From contig NC_045696.1 in the NCBI RefSeq assembly GCF_009834535.1, forward strand, positions 110,114,001-110,178,000: a DNA stretch of 64,000 nt. The letters run 5' to 3'. The notes below the pieces were generated by a model. It did not search any database and was not told where the DNA came from. It saw only the letters and a program-made list of their open reading frames with translations. Below, in pieces: positions 14,137-25,213 of this stretch; the stretch's first letter is position 1, and every line of letters begins with the position of its first letter. The position numbers and the translations under genes were made by a program. This stretch comes from Camelus ferus (taxonomy: Eukaryota).

Positions 14137-14165
14137 AAAATGACCATTTAAAGATTCTGGAAATT

Positions 14166-14253
14166 AGTAAACAATAAAACAAAACAAAGTAAAAAACCAA
14201 AACTGGGTTAGAATGTGAACAATAAAGAGGAATGTCCAAGCTGAAAAAAAAAA
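14166..14253 (+). pseudogene. Very short retroposed polyadenylated RNA 3' end (source unknown)
   Basis: Perfect 16-bp TSD AAAGATTCTGGAAATT (14150-14165 and 14254-14269). AATAAA at 14221-14226, poly(A) from 14244. The insert does not resemble the L1 or SINE ends seen elsewhere in the window. Confidence 0.7.
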
Positions 14254-16161
14254 AAAGATTCTGGAAATTTAATACAAGTTAAAGATTCATTCAAGAAAAC
14301 CTATTAAATCTCAGTAAGAACAGTGGGCGTCTGTGACATTTTAGCCAGGGATTGTCCCATCTCTTGCCCCCGCCCATCTCAGCTTCATTACCTGAAAATT
14401 CTACTCAAGCCTCAGCAGATGGAGAAGGCTGTGGGAACTGGCAGTTCTCTGCCCTGCTGCAGGGGGCTGACTTTATTTGGAGCAGAGCATGGAAAAATTC
14501 CTGTCTGGGCACTGCTGGAAACAATAGTTATCTCGGTGGCAAACAATAAGGAAAGGCTAACATCATGAGCTGCCTGAGGTCTCGATACTGGTCGGGACAA
14601 GCACAAAACAGCAGATGAGCCAGAAATTTAACAAGGAGACCCAGGGAAGGAAACAACCAAAGAGAGCCTGGCCGAGAGCCCCCTTAGCTCTGGCCTAGAA
14701 AGCTGTGCGTGCTCAGCAGAGACCAGACAGGATTCTAATGAGCTACGTGCCACTTGTCCTTGGCTGATTTTCCCCTAGTCATTCATTGTGTGTCTAGCAC
14801 ATCAAATGACAGCTAAACTCATTTATACCTACCCACTGTGGTCACATATCATAAGACGTTACAGACCATCTGCGCTGCCTCCTTTACTACACAGATGGTA
14901 AAACCAAGGCCTCTGAGCAGTCTAAGAACATGAGTTTCTAAAAAGTTAGTAGAAACTCAACAGAGGTTAGTTTCAAATAGCTCCTTAGGGTTTGTTAAAA
15001 GTTCATTTACCTGCAAAAAGTTGACACAATTAAACAAAAAAAGTGGTCTGGTAAGTTTGGAGTACCTGTATCAAATATACATAAAAATCTTCCTCAATCT
15101 TTATACTGTGTTTGGTCTCCCTTCCCTTTGTTTTATTCTTTTCTTTTGAGAATTTTTTTGAAGGAAGAGACTCTAAGCGGTTCCTTGGGAATCACTCTTG
15201 TGGGCTTGCTAACAGGTGATAAACCCTGCACTGAAAAATGGCTCACACCTAGTCTATGGATGATGATCCACGTTATGGCCGCTGCTCTTAACTGATCCTC
15301 TTCCCTTCTGTTCCAGTTTGCCACAACTCCTGGCTCCTGGTTCGAGCTCTTCATTTTGTGTGTTTTGCGGGTGACAATCAATGCTAAAAATACTGCAGTC
15401 TTTTGGTTGACTACCAGCAAGTCTCAGGGAAAATGACTATGACAGAGATATATGCTCCACTTCCAACTGCCACCCCAAACTATTAACATTTTCATCTTTA
15501 CAACACAGCTTTTTTTCCATAATAAAAGGCTATCAATGCATGTCCTTAAGTTTTCTTACTGTAAATTCTGCTTGTTTAAGCAAGTAATTATAAGTTCCCT
15601 TGAAGACAACAGAACACTCCATGTGCATTCAAGCCTCTGATTCCCCAGAGCTTGGAAGAATGCAGGAAGCTACTTCAGTTTGGTACCAAGGAATCCTGCT
15701 CCCAAGACAACCTCTGTATGTCCTTGCTGTTTCTGATGGCTTGACATTTGGCTCATCCTTGGAATTCAATTTTATATTGCTAGGAATAATAAGGAATAAA
15801 TCCCTGTGTTTATAGCTGACATCTGCTGATCAGAACCTTGTCTTGTCTGTCTTTGTGATAAGGAGAAGCAGAAATTTTAACAGTCTAAAAACATTACTGA
15901 CAAATAGCCTAACCAGCATACAGGAAAGAGTGCAAAGCAAAGAATACAGTAGGGCTGGCTGTTGCACTGTGGACTGAGCCCCTTCCTCAGTTTTTTTTTT
16001 TCCTATTTTTGTTACTTGAAGACAGCATTGCGGATAGAAGGCTTGAATCTGGGGTGGGTATGGAGCGTCTCTATCAAGGGAAAACACCTGGGTGAGGCTA
16101 ATTATTCACAAAAACCATATCTGTTCTTTCAAATGAGAAAAAAAAATATCAAAATGTGTCC

Positions 16162-16340
16162 GGAGGCAGCGTGGTATGAACTTTGCTACCAATTATACCT
16201 GGGTTTGAACTGCGGCCACCATCAACCTGCTTAGTGACCCTGGGCACTTTCTTTACTCTCTGAGCTTCTCTGAGTTCCCTGAACAGCACAATTGATTAAA
16301 TTAGATAATTTAGGTAACATTCAGGTAAAACACTGTTCAT
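16162..16340 (+). mobile_element. MIR fragment
   Basis: GGAGGCAGCGTGGT...CCTGGGTTTGAA...GTGACCCTGGGCAC..CTCTCTGAGC. Confidence 0.7.
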
Positions 16341-16903
16341 ACGTGCTTGCCTGTGTCACCTACTTTCCTTCTTACCAGTGCCATCCAGAGGCAGGTGCTA
16401 AGAGTGACAAACTCATCTGTCTGCAGATAAAGGAATTCATTTTATTGTCATAATTGTAATTTCTGAGAGCAACAATACAAATGATAGAACTCATTCTGCA
16501 ATTTAATAACTCAAATTCTTTTCTCGGGGGTGGGCAGGATAAAATGAGTAACTCTTACTTGACACTGTTCTTCCTGAGCCACTTCTAAAAGATCAGATAT
16601 TTTAACAGCAGCTGAACCACGCAGCAGGATCCCATGGGTCAGCCACCACCACGAACATAAATAGGCTAGGAATTATTTCAGATTGTGATGTTGACAAATA
16701 GAGTACAGCTCCTCAAAGAAGATACTTTGAATAACTTTTTTCCCCCCAAAACTCCCTGGCCAGCTCCCTCCTCTGTCAAGAAATGCCTGGATAAAATGGG
16801 ACCCTGTGCATGCTCGAGTCCAGAGAACTCCATGACAGCACCAGGCAGAAGGCAGGGAGTTACTCAGGTTTCCAACTGACACACCAAACCTGCTGTCAAA
16901 GCG

Positions 16904-17106
16904 ACTTACCACCCTGGCAGGGAGAAGCTCCTCTCAACTCTCAGCAGGGACCACCAGTCACTCCATGCGAGTGACGAATAAGTCACTGAATCACTGCGAT
17001 GACTCATGCATCGAAAACAAAGCCCCCATCTGGGCTCCTCTGAGAGGCCAGGAAGGAATCTCCAAGGGGAGAATCTGGCCTTGCTAGCTAAAAACAGCAG
17101 GTAAGA
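16904..17106. promoter_or_regulatory. Candidate AP-1-rich enhancer/promoter with outward-facing splice donors
   Basis: ATGACTCAT at 16999-17007 and TGAATCA at 16987-16993, several retained CpGs. Minus-strand donor GTG|GTAAGT at 16910/16909 and plus-strand donor CAG|GTAAGA at 17100/17101. Confidence 0.4.
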
Positions 17107-17739
17107 AGGATAAGCCTTGCAAATACTTTTTTAATTAAATGGAAGATTTTTTTTTTCCCCTTCCCTCTTCCCTTGTTCTGCCTCTTTCTTCTTTCCATTC
17201 CCTCCTGTCTTACCAGATGCTCTTAGACACTCTGGGTCACATCTGCCAGCCTGCTACGACACAAATAGACCCCCAACAAGAGGTTCCCTCAGCCAAGAGC
17301 AAGCACTGCTCAGTAACAATCATTTTGCAAGAAGCAGTGAAGGCAGTTCTACATTTCAAATTCCTGACCTAAAATTTAACCGAAATCTAACAATTAGTTA
17401 ATTATATTTTATTTATTGCTGAAAATAGACCCTTTGCATCCTGAAATAGGGATCTATATTCTAACTCAGGAAGCAAAAGAAGTGAAGATCAGAACCACCA
17501 GATATAATCAGAAAATGCTGAGTTCTCAGCACAGAGGTATCCCTAATATATTAAATACTGATTCTCCTAAAACCAACTCACCATTTGTCCTGAAAACACG
17601 TCAAATGGTTTGTGTAACAAACTAAACTCCTTCTCTCCCTGCAACGGGACTTTCACCAGCCCCGCAGACATGCGCATCACCTCTGTGCTTCTCAGTCTTG
17701 CCAGCTTTCTAAATTAGAGACACTGGAGTACATCCTCTA

Positions 17740-18270
17740 ATCTCTCTGCTTTAAATCTACTGTTAAGATTTTTATCTTGCCAAAGTCTTTTGAAATATCA
17801 TTTCTTCTCTGCATTACCTTTGCTTTGCCTTTGGTTTAGGTACTCAGCCTCCTCCCAGGTGATCACTGCAACTCATGGCCCACCAGGCAATAGTGTATTT
17901 TACTCATCAGTAATGCATCTAATCATGTCACTCCACTGCTTTAAACCTCCCCCAACTCTCTGCTGCTTTCAGTTTGGCATTTACGGCTCTTCACGACCCA
18001 CTAGCTAGCTAGCTAACCTCCCCAGCTCCATCTGGCACCGACCCGCTCCTAAGCTCCATTCCGCTGCATTGATGAATGTTCCATGAACGTACCCAGAGTT
18101 CTCCACACTTCACATCTCAGCCTTTCCTGAGATGCCCCCTGCTCCCCGTGCTCTTAATACTTGGCCTCCCCCCCGTGTTCTCAGTACCGTATCCTTATCT
18201 CAAATTCTGTACTTAGTCACTCCGCAATTATATACTTTATGGGAGTGTTTCTTACTCATCTCTCTAGCGC
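17740..18270 (+). mobile_element. L2 fragment
   Basis: ATCTAATCATGTCACTCCACTGCTTTAAACCTCCCC and pyrimidine-rich L2-like sequence. Confidence 0.6.
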
Positions 18271-19024
18271 TGATATGTAGTGGAGAGTCCACTATTAAAA
18301 CAAGACTCACTTAAAGAAATTCTAAAGGACATACTTCAGAAAGAAGGAAAATGACTGCATCTGGGAACCCTGAACTGGAAGAAAGTAGTGAGGGAAAGTA
18401 TTGACAAATAGATGAATAAAACCAAGCTAACTTTATTTAAAACTGTAAGAAAAATGTGCAATTTGTGGAGGAAAAATAGGGAAGCCGAGGAGAGGTAAGC
18501 TTTTGAATTTTGGAGTATGAGTGGTAACATACTTAAGACATAGAAACTTTTTAAAGTATGTCTGTTGACATAGCTATTAAGGGAACATACATAAAGCATA
18601 TAACGTCCAAAGAAGTAGGGGGTGAAGCTGGAACTGGGAGAAAAAAATATCAATTCAAAAGACAGAAAGAAGAGAGAGGGGAAAAGAAAGAGAAAACTAC
18701 ATAAAACAGTGATAGAAATAAATTTAAATATATCATCAATTACAATAAATGCAAAAGACCCCACTTTCCAATTAAAAGTAAAAAAACCTAGTGATATGCT
18801 GCTTATAAAAGACCCACCTAAAATATGGAAACAACACACATACATAAGGTTTATAAATCTGTATGTACCTAGTAATATTATCTGAAAATATGCAAGACAA
18901 AAACTGACGTGGTAACTAGAGAAATGGACAAACCACTGGAGAGAGAAACCACAGTACAATTCTTCTAGTAATTGACAGTTTCAGCAGATAAAAATCAGTT
19001 AGGATAGATAGATGAGATTTAAAT

Positions 19025-20881
19025 GATAAAGCGAGCAAAACAGCAAAGCGAGTCACATGAAGTTTTTGGTTTCCTAGTGCATATAAAAGTTATGGTTACA
19101 CCATACTGTAGTCTAAGTGTGTAATAACATTATGTCTAAAAAAACTGTACATGCCTTAATTTAAAAATACTACATTAAATTAAAATTAAATATTAAATAA
19201 AAAATACTTTATTAAATTATTAATACTATTAAAAAATGCTACCATTGTCAGCCTTCAGCAAGCCCTAATCTGTTTGCTGGTACAGGGTCTTTCTTTGATG
19301 CTGATGGCTGCCGACTAATCAGGGTGGTGGCTGCTGAAGGCTGCGTTGGCTGTGGCAATTTCTTAAGACAACAATGAAGGTTACCACATTGACTGAGGTT
19401 GAGAGGTTGGTTCATGAGTTTTAAGGAGAGAAGCCGTCTCCATAACGTAAAAGTGCGAGGGGAAGTAACGGGCGCTGATACAGAAGCTGCAGCAAGTTCT
19501 CCGGAAGACCTCGCTAAGGTAGTCAGCGAAGGTGGCTACCCTAAATGACAGATTTTCAATGTAGTTGAAACAGCCTTATATGGAAGGAGACGCCATCTAG
19601 GACTTCCATAGCTAGAGAGGAGAAGTCAGTGCCTGGCTTCAAAGCTTCAAAGGACAGGCTGTTAGGGGCTAATTTAATGCCAGTGGTGACCTGAAGTTGA
19701 AGCCAGTGCCCATTTACCATTCTGAAAATCCTAGAGCCCTAAGAATTATGCTTAATCTATTCCATGTATGCTCTGGAAATGGAACAAAAAGGCCCCATGA
19801 CAGCATACCTATTTAAAACATGGTTTAGTGAATATTTTAAGTACACTGTTGCTCAGAAAAGACGATTCCTTTCAAAATATGACTGCTCCTTGACAGTGCA
19901 CCTGGTCTCCCAAGAGCTCTGATGGAGAGGGACGGCGAGATTCATGCTGTTGTCATGCCTGCAACACAGCACCCATTCTGTGGTCTGGATGGATCAAGGA
20001 GTAACTTCAAGAAATGCACTTCACAAGGCTAGAGCTGCCATAGATAGTGATTCCTCTGATGGATCTGGGCATAAGAAGTGGAAAACCTTTTAGCTTCCAA
20101 CATTTAGCTTCAAACTTTTCTCGTGCAGCTTCCTCACCTCTTTCAGCCTTCACAGAAGTAAAGAGGGTTACAGCCTTGCTCTGGATTATGCTTTGGCTGA
20201 AGGGAATCTTGTGGCTGCTTTGATCTTCTATCCAGACCACTCAGACATTGTCCACATCAGCAGTAAGGCTGTTTTGTTTTCTCATTATTCATGTGTTCAC
20301 TGGAGGAGCACTTTAACTTCCTTTAAGAACGTTTCCTTTGCATTCACAACTAGGCTAACTGGCGCAAGAGGCGTATCTTGGCTTTTGACATGCTTTCCTT
20401 ACTAAATCATTTCTAGCTTTTGATTTAAAATGAGAGGTGAGAAACTCTTCCTTTCACTTGAACACATAGAGGCCAGTGTAGGGCTATGAACTGACCTAAT
20501 TTCAGTATTGTTGTGTCTCAGGGAATGGGGGGCCCAAGGAGAGGAAGAAAGATGGGGAATGGTGGATCAATGGAGCAGACAGAACACACACATTTATCAG
20601 TTAAGTTCACCATTTTATAGGAGTGCAGTTTGTGGTCCCTCAAAACAATTACAGTGGTAACATGAAAGATCACAGATCACCATAACAAACATAATAATAA
20701 TGAAAAAGTTGGAAATATTGCAAGAATTACCAAAATGTGACACAGAGCCACCAAGTGACTGAATGCTATTGGAAAAATGGTGCCACCTTGATAAAGACTT
20801 GCCACAAACCTTCAATTTGTAAAAAAACACAATACCTATAAAGTGCAATAAAGTGAAACACAATAAAAAGAAGTATGCTTG
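19025..20881 (-). mobile_element. Tigger1 DNA transposon (TcMar/pogo), deleted and internally inverted
   Basis: TIR end GAAGTATGCTTG + TA at 20870-20883. Minus [47 protein letters not shown]. Plus-strand segment [17 protein letters not shown]...QIFNVVETA. All match the Tigger1 transposase as recalled. Confidence 0.92.
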
Positions 20882-21012
20882 TAGTATGATTTAGCAAATT
20901 CGATTTTCACAAAACCAATATGTAGAAATCAACTGCATGCTTATACTTGGCAATAATCAGTTAGAATGACACCATTAACCACAGTAACAAAAATTAAAAG
21001 TACCTATGAATA

Positions 21013-21229
21013 CAGTTGACCCTCGAGCAACATGAGGGTTGGGGCACTGACCCCTGAGTAGTTTAAAATCCAAAGATAACTTTACAGTTGGTGCTCTGTA
21101 TCCACAGTTCTGCATCTTCGAATTTAACCAACTGCAGGTCATGTAGTCCTGGAGCACATATTTATTAAAAAAAATCCATATATAGGTGGATGTGTGCAGT
21201 TCAAACCCGTTGTGTTCAAGGGTCAACTG
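21013..21229. mobile_element. Tigger2-derived MITE (MER8/Tigger2a-like)
   Basis: TIRs CAGTTGACCCTCGAGCAAC and GTGTTCAAGGGTCAACTG, flanked by TA on both sides. Confidence 0.9.
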
Positions 21230-21536
21230 TAAATCTAACAAAAGATGTGGAAGTCTTTTTATATAAAATGTTTTTAATTGAAGTGAAAAACATGGTATGA
21301 AGATCCAAATAAAGGATTTTACTATAGATATGGTAATACCATATAAGGAAAGAAAGGGGGTAATTAACACAAAAATCAAGATGATCTGACCTCCAGGGGT
21401 AAGGAAGGAGAGTGTTTACTTCTTAACTTGGATAGTGTGTACACAAGTATTCATGTTTCTAATTCCTTAAAATGTACCTATAAATTTCATATTCTATTTC
21501 ACATGGATGAAATATCTTAGTTTTAAAAAAGGTCTA

Positions 21537-21586
21537 TGTACACCAGAAATTGACACATTGTAACCTACTATACTTCAATTTTTTTA
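21537..21586 (+). mobile_element. ~50-bp L1 3' terminus insertion
   Basis: TGTACACCAGAAATTGACACATTGTAAC...TATACTTCAATT matches the reverse complement of the L1 ends at 6453 and 29731. 12-bp TSD AAAAAAGGTCTA at 21525-21536 and 21587-21598. Confidence 0.85.
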
Positions 21587-22227
21587 AAAAAAGGTCTAGA
21601 ACAAACAGCCCTATTAATGCAAAAAGTACGTAAGTCTGTTGTGTGCCACGCCACAGGATTCCCACACTTATAAGGAGAGCTTGAGAGAAGATACTAATTT
21701 TGTAAACTTTGAGAAATGTGTCTTGAATAATCATTTAATCTCCAAGAAAGGAGGCAGCAGGTGCTATAAAATGCTAGAACAAACCCCTTTAGGAAACATT
21801 CAATTTTAAGTGTAATTGTCTTCACTTTTTAGTTTTAAATGGAAAGGTTTCTATGCAAAGGTGTTTACATAAATATTCAGCTGCCCTCCTCTGCAAACAA
21901 GGTAGAGAAGCAGAAACACAATGACAATTCAGGAACATTAAACAGCCATCAGCTCAACAAGGATGGAAAATTTAAGGAGAGTCAACCTATCTACCTCATT
22001 AGCCAAATCCACTTGTGTTTTACAAGTAATTTATTTCTAACAGTGGAGAAAGTGCCAAAATTTTGCAGATGATTTACTTTTTTGAAGAGTGTAAATTACA
22101 GTGGGTTAAATTATAGGGAAATAAATTATATTTCATTTGCCTGCCAATATGCTCCCTTTGGTAGGAGAGAAATGCCCAGAGATCACCTGGCTTGGGCACC
22201 AGCTTATAATCTATAGACTGGCTCATC

Positions 22228-22750
22228 TGTGTAGCAGACTGTATTTTCCGAAAGTGGCCACTGCAATATTTCCAGCTCTACATACTCTTCCAGAAACTTT
22301 CCACTTCCCTATCAAGAGATGGAATCTATTTCCACTCCCACTGAACCTGAATGGCCTTTATCATTGCTTCAATGCACAGAATGCACTGTAGGGATGCTGT
22401 GTGACTTCCTAGGGTGAGCCATAAAAGAGAAGATCTGCGCCTGACTTTCTGTCTTGGGTCATGTGCTTTGAGAGCACTGAACTAGCATAGAAGTCTGGCT
22501 ACCCTGAAGCAGTCATGCTGAGAGACCACAAAGAAATAAAGATGCCGGGGGAGCCCAGCTGTGCTAGTCCTCTCAGTCTGGGCTCCAGACATGTTGAGTG
22601 AGTGAGCTTCAGATGCCAACCCTGCTGATGCTAAGTGGAGCAGAGATGAACCGTCCCCATTGAGCCCTGCCCAAATTGCAGATCTGTGAACATAATAAAT
22701 ACAGTTGTTGCTTTAAGACACTAACTTTGTTTTGCAGGTTTAGATAACTG
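22228..22750 (+). mobile_element. ERVL-MaLR LTR (MLT1G/H-like)
   Basis: TGTGTAGCAGACTG...CCTATCAAGAGATGGAATCTATTTCC...GCCCTGCCCAAATTGCAGAT...TTGTTGCTTTAAGACACTAA...TAGATAACTG. Confidence 0.8.
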
Positions 22751-23199
22751 TTGTCATAGCTCTGGGAAGGACACTGAATGCAAATGTCATCCTCTCATTT
22801 ACCCAAAGGATAAAAGACAGAACCACCAACCCAAACAAAACAGCATCTTAAAAACCAAAATGATGGCACTGTATTTCACCCCCAAAGCAGTAGGCACCCC
22901 CTCTGAAAGTTAAATTTGATTTAGGATTATACTTTTTGTCACTGATCAATGATACTGATTAGTGGGTCTCTTTATAAAGCTGTTATTTGCAAAAAAAAAA
23001 TTCTTTAATATTTTTGTTTCTAATATCTTCAAGGGATCTCTGAGATGCAGGTTAACAACCTCTGCTTATAAATGAAATTGACTCCATTACTGTATCCAAC
23101 TTTCATTTTAGTCTATTTAACATTGGTGTCTACAGCATGGCATCAGGTGTCCTCCTCAAACTCAGTGGAAACAAAATATAATCACTTCTATTGGATGTT

Positions 23200-23420
23200 A
23201 GTGGAATTAGTGGAAAGTAATTAGATTTTAGAGCCAAATAAAATCCATGCTCACTTACTCTGTGACCCAAGGCAAGCTACATAACTTTCCTGAGTACATT
23301 TACTGATCTGTAAAATGGAAATAATACCTATCTATATTGCAGGGTGGTTATAGAATTAAATGAGCCAATATATAAAAATACTTGGCATGCTTTTTACACC
23401 TAATAGGCAATCAGTAAGTT
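23200..23420 (+). mobile_element. MIR SINE
   Basis: CACTTACTCTGTGACCCAAGGCAAG...ATCTGTAAAATGGAAATAATACCTA...AGGGTGGTTATAGAATTAAATGAG. Confidence 0.8.
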
Positions 23421-23768
23421 TCCTTTCCTTGACACCTCTGTTTTTGGGGGGTTTTTGTTTGTTTGTTTTTTAACTGAATGACAGGCTAAAGGAGTATGAA
23501 GGTCCCTGGTTTTTCCCAGCTAAAAGCAGCCCTCCCGAGAAAGTCAGGTCAGCTTCCAATCTCTGAGTGCTGCTCCAGCACTTGGAACTGGGTCTCCAAC
23601 CTACACTGAGAACTTCAACAGAAGCACTTCACTGGGGCCCTCTGTTCTGCTTTGCTTCGTTTGTGGTAGTTGATGTTTGAATTCTAAACATTTGAGCAAA
23701 TTTAACTCTGCATTCCAGCTCCTGCTTCCTCCTTTGTTATCATGCATCTGCAGCAACCAAGAACTGAT

Positions 23769-23820
23769 ACACACACACACACACACACACACATACACAC
23801 ACACACACATATATACATAC

Positions 23821-23853
<33 letters not shown>

Positions 23854-23856
23854 CAT
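23769..23856. repeat. Compound microsatellite (CA)n-(TACA)n-(TA)n
   Basis: Directly visible tandem repeats. Confidence 0.95.
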
Positions 23857-24109
23857 ATTTTTTTTCTCCTTTAGAGGTCAGTGGGGGACTTTATGCCATA
23901 GAGATGTCTGAGCTGAATTACTGACCTCTCACATGAAGGTGGCAAAAAACAGGCAACTCAGGCATCTTAGAGGTTCTGGCCAGCAACCTCAAACTATGAG
24001 CAGACAAAAGTAAATGATGTTATGAGGAAACACAGAACCAGCCATTCTTCTGGGTATCCTCATCTGGTTCATGCTCAGCCTCTACATGCACGATGAAGCA
24101 AGCTCCCAG

Positions 24110-24370
24110 GGTGGACAAAGCACATGACTGAAAACCAGAGACCTGTCTACCACTTGCTACGTGATATGAGCAAGTGAGTTTGCAGGCCTCTGATTCTTCA
24201 TCTGGGAAGCTGTGGGATTAGACTAAGTGATCAAAACATGTGATGGCTGAGAGGGGCCTCAGGACCACCTGGTCTAACACTCTCACTTGACAGGTGAGAA
24301 ATGAGGCCCAGATCAATTCAATGGCTTTCCTGATGTCACCGCTCATAGACTAGAGATTGACACCTAAGGT
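24110..24370. mobile_element. Two adjacent MIR fragments in opposite orientation
   Basis: GCCTCTGATTCTTCATCTG (plus) followed by CTCACTTGACAGGTGAGAAATGAGGCCCAGA (minus core). Confidence 0.55.
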
Positions 24371-25074
24371 TTTTCTGCTGCAACTGCTACTCAGTCCACA
24401 AAGTCCCACTTAAAATTATTTGATTCTGATGGTAATGAGGAAGGGGCACAATATGCATCCATATGCAAATTAGTTCAAAATGACTCAACAGGTTGAGTAT
24501 TTCCTAATTTCTGAGCTAGCTTTTCTTGCCAGGGGAGGATTTGTTACTGTCTTGGATAACACATTATTCTCTAGGCCTGGAGAGCCTCTGTAGGTACTTT
24601 TCACTTTCTATGTTCCAGAACATGAAGGGTGAATTTCAGCACTGTCATCGGTGATGCCCCTCAAAAGCGGCAAGCACCCAATGAGAGCCGATGAAGTCTG
24701 CGCTCTGTATCCTTCTGGTGATGGGGTCTATTATGCTGTGTGCCAAACAAGGTTCAGCCCCAAGCAAGGTGCAGGGCAAAAAATTCTGACAAGGCTAAAG
24801 CCGGTGTGGGGGAGGTCCTTCATCTTCTAAATCATTATCTGCCTACATATTTCTTAATTCCTCCTATCCAGGGAAAAGAGAGGTTCTTAAAAATGAACAG
24901 GTCTGACCACAGGTGACTATGCTGAAGAACTCTGATTTGCCTGAAGAAAAGATACTTTCATGGGGAGAGGGGAGAGTGCGGTTTCTTGGCCCAGCCACTC
25001 TAGAAGTTGGGAGCAAGGGGCAAAGGAGGATATTTTAAAATCCAAATTAATGTAAATCAAACACTATGACCTTA

Positions 25075-25213
25075 GGGGAAGGGTATAGCTCAAGTGGCAG
25101 AGCGCGTGCTCAGCACCTAAGAGGTCCCGGGTTCAATTCCCAGTACCTCCTCCAAGCGGAAATCAATGAAAAAATCTAATTACCTCCCCCTCAGAAAACA
25201 AACAACACAAGCC
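25075..25213 (+). mobile_element. tRNA-derived SINE (camelid Vic-1 type)
   Basis: GGGGAAGGGTATAGCTCAAGTGG (A box) ... GGGTTCAATTCCC (B box), A-rich tail, perfect 15-bp TSD AACACTATGACCTTA (25060-25074 and 25214-25228). Confidence 0.9.

Larger units (their letters stand above)
10905..14770 (+). mobile_element. Ancient L1 5'UTR fragment hosting two later insertions
   Basis: Flanks 10905-11001 and 14137-14770 join as ...AAAACAACCA|TTTAAAGATTCTGGAAATT...ATTCAAGAAAACCTATTAAATCTCAGTAAGAACAG, resembling old L1M 5' ends. Confidence 0.55.
18290..21520 (+). mobile_element. Ancient L1 (L1ME/L1M5-like) fragments interrupted by two Tigger insertions
   Basis: ORF2 N-terminus-like peptide (NISSITINAKD...), ATAAATCTGTATGTACCTAGTAAT, and TACCTATGAATA|AATCTAACAAAAGATGTG rejoined across the MITE. 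Confidence 0.7.

Noticed and set aside
18336..18959. Longest ORF in the track (207 aa, hydrophobic, minus strand)
   Set aside because: It is the antisense of an A-rich L1 fragment. T-rich strands give long F/L/S/I-rich chance ORFs.
24610..24740. CpG-containing, exon-looking unique stretch
   Set aside because: The frames I translated after plausible acceptors hit early stops, and no convincing splice pair was found.
25075..25150. tRNA-like sequence (also 46876-46952)
   Set aside because: It is followed by a SINE body and A-rich tail and bounded by TSDs, so it is a SINE head rather than a tRNA gene.
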